Shown here: in pieces, positions 8,512-11,826 of the stretch
Layout of the letters: every line of letters begins with the position of its first letter
Numbering within the stretch: the first letter of the stretch is position 1
From: Candidatus Aegiribacteria sp.
Lineage (GTDB): Bacteria > Fermentibacterota > Fermentibacteria > Fermentibacterales > JCC-6
Length of the DNA: 11,826 nt
Reading direction: 5' to 3'
Assembly (NCBI GenBank): GCA_046498225.1
Contig: JAWOBF010000132.1
Span: 1 to 11,826 of the forward strand
Notes under the pieces: generated by a model
Told to the model about the DNA's origin: nothing
What the model saw: the letters and a program-made list of their open reading frames with translations, nothing else
Database searches by the model: none
Position numbers and translations under genes: made by a program

Positions 8512-9166
8512 GATGATAATCGCCGGCGGGGGAAGGATAGCCTATTACCTGGCGCGCAGTTTCATATCCAAGGGATACTCCGTCACCATCATCGACCGGG
8601 ACCGGGATGAGTGCAGGAGATTGTCAAAGGTCCTGAAGGCGGTAGTTGTGCACGGCGACGCCAGTGACCCCCAGGTCCTGGGGGATTCACGGGCGGATTA
8701 CGCGGACATAATCATATCCGTTACGCCCAACGATCACGACAACCTGATAATCAGCCAGCTGGCGGAGCGCAAGTTCGACGTGCCCAGGACACTTGCCCTG
8801 GTCAATGACCCGGACAACGTGGATGTCTTCCATAAGCTCGGAATAGGAGCCTACTCCACCACGGACCTGGTATCAGCGGTTCTCGAGCAGAGGACCGACA
8901 TGGAGGAGATAACGAACCTAATCCCCCTGAGCGAGGGAAGGATCAACATCACGGAGGTGGTGGTTCCCAAGGCTTCCCCCATCGCAGGTAAACTGCTCAC
9001 GGAGATCTCACTGCCGGAGAATGCCCTGGTTGCGGCCATCACCCGGGAAGATGAGCAGATAATCCCCCGGGGGCTGACCCGTATCGAACCCGGCGACCGA
9101 ATGATACTCATCACCTTTCCGGAGAACCATGGTTCCGTCATCAAGACCATAACGGGTGAGACCTGA
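8492..9166 (+). CDS. trkA: TrkA/KtrA-family regulatory subunit (RCK_N + RCK_C)
   Basis: IIAGGGRIA, HGDASD, VTPNDHDNL and LVNDPDN, then RCK_C (SPIAGKLLTEISLPENALVAAITR...IPRGLTRIEPGD). Start placed at ATG 8492 (or 8513) rather than GTG 8459. Confidence 0.88.
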   Translation: MIGKSLEMIIAGGGRIAYYLARSFISKGYSVTIIDRDRDECRRLSKVLKAVVVHGDASDPQVLGDSRADYADIIISVTPNDHDNLIISQLAERKFDVPRTLALVNDPDNVDVFHKLGIGAYSTTDLVSAVLEQRTDMEEITNLIPLSEGRINITEVVVPKASPIAGKLLTEISLPENALVAAITREDEQIIPRGLTRIEPGDRMILITFPENHGSVIKTITGET

Positions 9167-10679
9167 TTTGCCCCGTTACAGGAACGTAAGGGAGAAATAC
9201 CGCGCCGTTCTTCACTATACGGGCTCCATCTGCCTGATAGGGGCCGCCGTCATCCTCCTTCCACTGGCGGTGATACCGTTCTTCCCGGAGGAGGCCGGCA
9301 TGCTCCTTCATTTCGCCCTGCCGTCGCTGCTTCTGGGGGCCATCGGTTTCTATCTGCGCGCTCATTACAGGGTTTCCGGAAGCATCACTCTCAACGCCAC
9401 CTGGGGCGGGATAATCGTATTCATGAGCTGGATAATCATCTGTCTGTTCTCCGCCTTCCCATTGATGTCCGGCGCTCAGCTGAATTTCACGGGGGCCGTT
9501 TTCGAATCGGTCAGCGGATGGACCACTACGGGGCTTTCGGTGCTGGATGTGGAGAAGGCCTCTCATACGATACTGCTCTGGAGGAGCCTCATGCAGCTGT
9601 TCGGTGGCGCGGGACTGGTGATAATAATGATGACGGCCATCATAGGGCCGCTGGGACCGGGCCTTTCCGTGGCCGAGGGAAGGGATACTCAGCTGGTCCC
9701 CCATGTTGTCCAGTCCACCAGGATAGTCGCTCGAATATACGCAGTCTACGCGCTTTTCGGCTTCCTAGCCTACTGGATAGCCGGAATGTCTCCCTTCGAC
9801 GCTGTAAACCACTCCTTCGCCGCTATATCCACCGGGGGCTTTTCCACCAGGGCCGCCAGCATAGGGTACTGGAACTCCCCCTGCATCGAGACGGTCACCA
9901 ATCTGCTGATGATTGCCGGCAACATGAGCTTCCTCACCGCGTACCTGCTTATCAGGGGCAAGTTCAGAATGGCCCTTAGGGACGGTGAGGTCAAACTGCT
10001 GGCGGCAGCGGTGCCGCTGGGCGCCCTGCTTCTGTTCTTCACCTTTACCGGCAGTGAGCAGATGGGATTTGCCGGTACTTTCAGAGCGGCCCTGTTCCAG
10101 TCGGTCACCGCCATAACCACAACCGGCTTCTCCACCGTCCCGTTCAGTATTATCGGTCCGCTGGGAATTTTCACCATCATCGTTCTCATGGTGATAGGCG
10201 GAGGAACCTACTCCACCGCCGGCGGGCTGAAACAGATCCGGGTATACCTGCTGCTGAAGTCCATCATCTGGAACATCAGGCAGCGGGTCCTTCCCCACCG
10301 CAGCGTTGTATCCAACTACTACTGGAAGGGCGAGGAACGGAAGTTCATAAACTGGGAGACGGTGGGGCGGATGACCACTTACATGGGCCTGTACATGGTA
10401 ACCCTCATGCTGGGGACCACCATCATCGTAGCCCACGGCTTTTCCATAGCCGATTCGCTTTTCGAGTTCTCCTCAGCCCTTGGTACCGTGGGTCTTTCGG
10501 CGGGCATAACGGCCCCGGACGCTCCCGCTCTTGTACTCTGGACGGAAACCGTGGGCATGTTCCTGGGACGGCTGGAGTTCTTCGTGATCATCACCAGCCT
10601 CATGATACTGATAAGGGACTCGCACCTTTTTCTGTCGCGGGGAGATAAACGGCCGATACGAAAGCCGAATGAAGGCTGA
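9156..10679 (+). CDS. trkH: TrkH/KtrB-family potassium uptake membrane protein
   Basis: Four pore loops (SGWTTTGLS, AISTGGFS, AITTTGFS, ALGTVGLS), the IGGGTYSTAGGLK loop and MFLGRLE. The start may be GTG 9156 or TTG 9168. Confidence 0.95.
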   Translation: MRPDLPRYRNVREKYRAVLHYTGSICLIGAAVILLPLAVIPFFPEEAGMLLHFALPSLLLGAIGFYLRAHYRVSGSITLNATWGGIIVFMSWIIICLFSAFPLMSGAQLNFTGAVFESVSGWTTTGLSVLDVEKASHTILLWRSLMQLFGGAGLVIIMMTAIIGPLGPGLSVAEGRDTQLVPHVVQSTRIVARIYAVYALFGFLAYWIAGMSPFDAVNHSFAAISTGGFSTRAASIGYWNSPCIETVTNLLMIAGNMSFLTAYLLIRGKFRMALRDGEVKLLAAAVPLGALLLFFTFTGSEQMGFAGTFRAALFQSVTAITTTGFSTVPFSIIGPLGIFTIIVLMVIGGGTYSTAGGLKQIRVYLLLKSIIWNIRQRVLPHRSVVSNYYWKGEERKFINWETVGRMTTYMGLYMVTLMLGTTIIVAHGFSIADSLFEFSSALGTVGLSAGITAPDAPALVLWTETVGMFLGRLEFFVIITSLMILIRDSHLFLSRGDKRPIRKPNEG

Positions 10680-10687
10680 GTGACTGC

Positions 10688-10855
10688 CTAACTCCCGCCG
10701 CCGCCCATCTCCAGCGGGCGGGCCGCGTCGCTTACCGCTCCTATCTTGACGGCGTAGGACTGCCTCTCCTCGATGTCGCGGTCGGTTATGATATGTATGT
10801 TCAGTATGCTCTCAGTTCTCAGGCCCGTCCTTATGAAGTTTATCTCCGACAGGCT
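10688..10855 (-). pseudogene. 3' remnant (about 55 codons) of a larger gene; resembles the C-terminal nucleotidyltransferase-like tail of large PEP/pyruvate-binding (PPDK/PEP-synthase-like) proteins
   Basis: Reads SLSEINFIRTGLRTESILNIHIITDRDIEERQSYAVKIGAVSDAARPLEMGGGGS*, with host-like codon choice (ATA, AGG, GAG, CTG). The in-frame sequence upstream looks non-coding and has no convincing start or SD. The family resemblance is from memory of the pattern LSExNxxRTG...HIITDxDI...SYAVKIGAVxDAARxL and was not searched. Confidence 0.55.
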
Positions 10856-10970
10856 GCCCACAGACCCTCTGGAAGCGCAAGTACCGCCGCCGGATGCTTC
10901 GGCGGATCCGGGCAGCAAGACCTGCCGGAACGCCTGCAGCGGCCGTAGTGTGCCCGTCGCCGTAGTCTTA

Positions 10971-11057
10971 TGTTGACATACGGGTATGTTTCAACAATCT
11001 TATAGATGAAATAGGGGTATGTATGAACGGATGAAGCGATGATATATAGGTATGTTT
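10971..11057. repeat. Imperfect inverted repeat (10971-10996) plus degenerate 33-bp tandem repeat upstream of and overlapping the ATPase start
   Basis: TGTTG-ACATAC-GG-GTATGT-TT-CAACA at 10971-10996. GGTATGT occurs at 10983, 11016 and 11049. GATGAWATA occurs at 11005 and 11038. Confidence 0.65.
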
Positions 11058-11826
11058 TCGATGAGATCGAGGAGTGGCTGAACTCGCGCAGACCGAAGTG
11101 CCTGGTGCTGAGGGGCGCCCGTCAGGTCGGCAAGACCACGGCCATACGCAGTCTGCCATCGGTCCGGGGGGGCGAGACCGGACTGTGCGAGCTGAACCTG
11201 GAGAGGCACCCCGACCTGGAGAAGGTCTTCGCCGGGGGCGACACCGGGCGTATGCTCGAGGAGATAGGCTTCACCGCCGGCAAATCTCCGGATGAGGGCG
11301 ACATCGTGTTCCTCGACGAGGTGCAGGCCGCACCCTCCGCCCTGCCGGCCCTGCGCTACCTGGCCGAAGACTATCCGGCCATGCGATGGGTGGCTGCAGG
11401 CTCTCTTCTTGACGCTGAGCTCCGGGAAAGTGATCTCCCGGTTCCCGTGGGACGAATGCAATACCTCTTCATGGGCCCGCTTTCGCTGGAGGAGTACATG
11501 GAGGGTGCCGGGGATCTGGGGATGGAGCTCGGGCTCATACGGGGATGGGAGCCGGGGCAGTCCTTCCCTTCCGCCGCACATCGGCACCTCTGCGGCGCTC
11601 TGAGGCGGTTCCTGGTAGTGGGAGGGATGCCCGAGGTGGCCGAGGCCTGGCTGGAGACGGGGAGTGCCGGGGAGGTGGCCAGGCTGCAGGCGTCGATCAC
11701 GAATACATACCGTGACGACTTCGCGAAGTACGCCTACGGCACCGATCCCATTCTGCTTCGAAGGGTCTTCGACTGGGTGCCGGCGAGGGCGGGCGACAAG
11801 GTAATCTACAGCCACATCTCCCCCGA
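11039..11826 (+). CDS. AAA+ superfamily ATPase (AAA_14 / DUF4143-associated type), 5' part only, runs off the window
   Basis: Absent from the ORF track. Translated by hand from ATG 11039: MIYRYVFDEIEEWLNSRRPKCLVLRGARQVGKTT (Walker A) ... IVFLDEVQ (Walker B) ... AAGSLL ... VPVGR ... MGPLSLEEY ... VGGMPEV ... YRDDFAKY. An in-frame TGA at 11024 limits the start. Confidence 0.9.
   Translation, partial: MIYRYVFDEIEEWLNSRRPKCLVLRGARQVGKTTAIRSLPSVRGGETGLCELNLERHPDLEKVFAGGDTGRMLEEIGFTAGKSPDEGDIVFLDEVQAAPSALPALRYLAEDYPAMRWVAAGSLLDAELRESDLPVPVGRMQYLFMGPLSLEEYMEGAGDLGMELGLIRGWEPGQSFPSAAHRHLCGALRRFLVVGGMPEVAEAWLETGSAGEVARLQASITNTYRDDFAKYAYGTDPILLRRVFDWVPARAGDKVIYSHISP

Noticed and set aside
86..10690. 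Genome-wide reassignment of TAG to a sense codon
   Set aside because: No TAG interrupts any conserved domain, and the TAG codons fall at plausible natural protein ends (KdpF PEKF, the remnant tail). Only local read-through remains conceivable.
10680..10911. Rho-independent terminator after trkH
   Set aside because: No hairpin followed by a U-tract was found. The hairpin at 10890-10911 lacks one on the + strand.
10973..11006. Confident sigma70 promoter for the ATPase
   Set aside because: TTGACA is perfect, but at 16-18 nt spacing the -10 candidates are weak (CAATCT, AATCTT, ATCTTA). I kept it only as part of the repeat finding.
10981..11057. CRISPR array
   Set aside because: There are only 2-3 degenerate 33-bp units, no repeat-spacer structure and no cas genes.
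11000..11815. 271-aa minus-strand ORF
   Set aside because: It is antisense to the real + strand ATPase, which has clear Walker A and B motifs.

Overview
A GC-rich, probably bacterial window. The evidence for a bacterium is a near-consensus sigma70 promoter at 5477-5505. Almost the whole window is a + strand potassium-homeostasis cluster. Block 1 (2-5413) is kdpF (28 aa, missed by the ORF track), kdpA, kdpB, kdpC and a stand-alone tandem universal-stress-protein (USP) gene. This matches the kdpFABCQ layout known from Halobacterium, and no kdpD/kdpE is present in the window. Block 2 (5549-10679) has its own promoter and encodes a membrane HAMP-PAS histidine kinase, a REC-TPR response regulator with no DNA-binding domain, an RCK_N-only TrkA-like protein, a full RCK_N-RCK_C TrkA/KtrA and a TrkH/KtrB-type channel. 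After this come a convergent 3' gene remnant on the - strand, a short AT-rich region with an inverted repeat and a 33-bp periodic repeat, and the 5' part of an AAA_14/DUF4143-type ATPase that runs off the window end. Family assignments come from motif recognition only; no searches were run.
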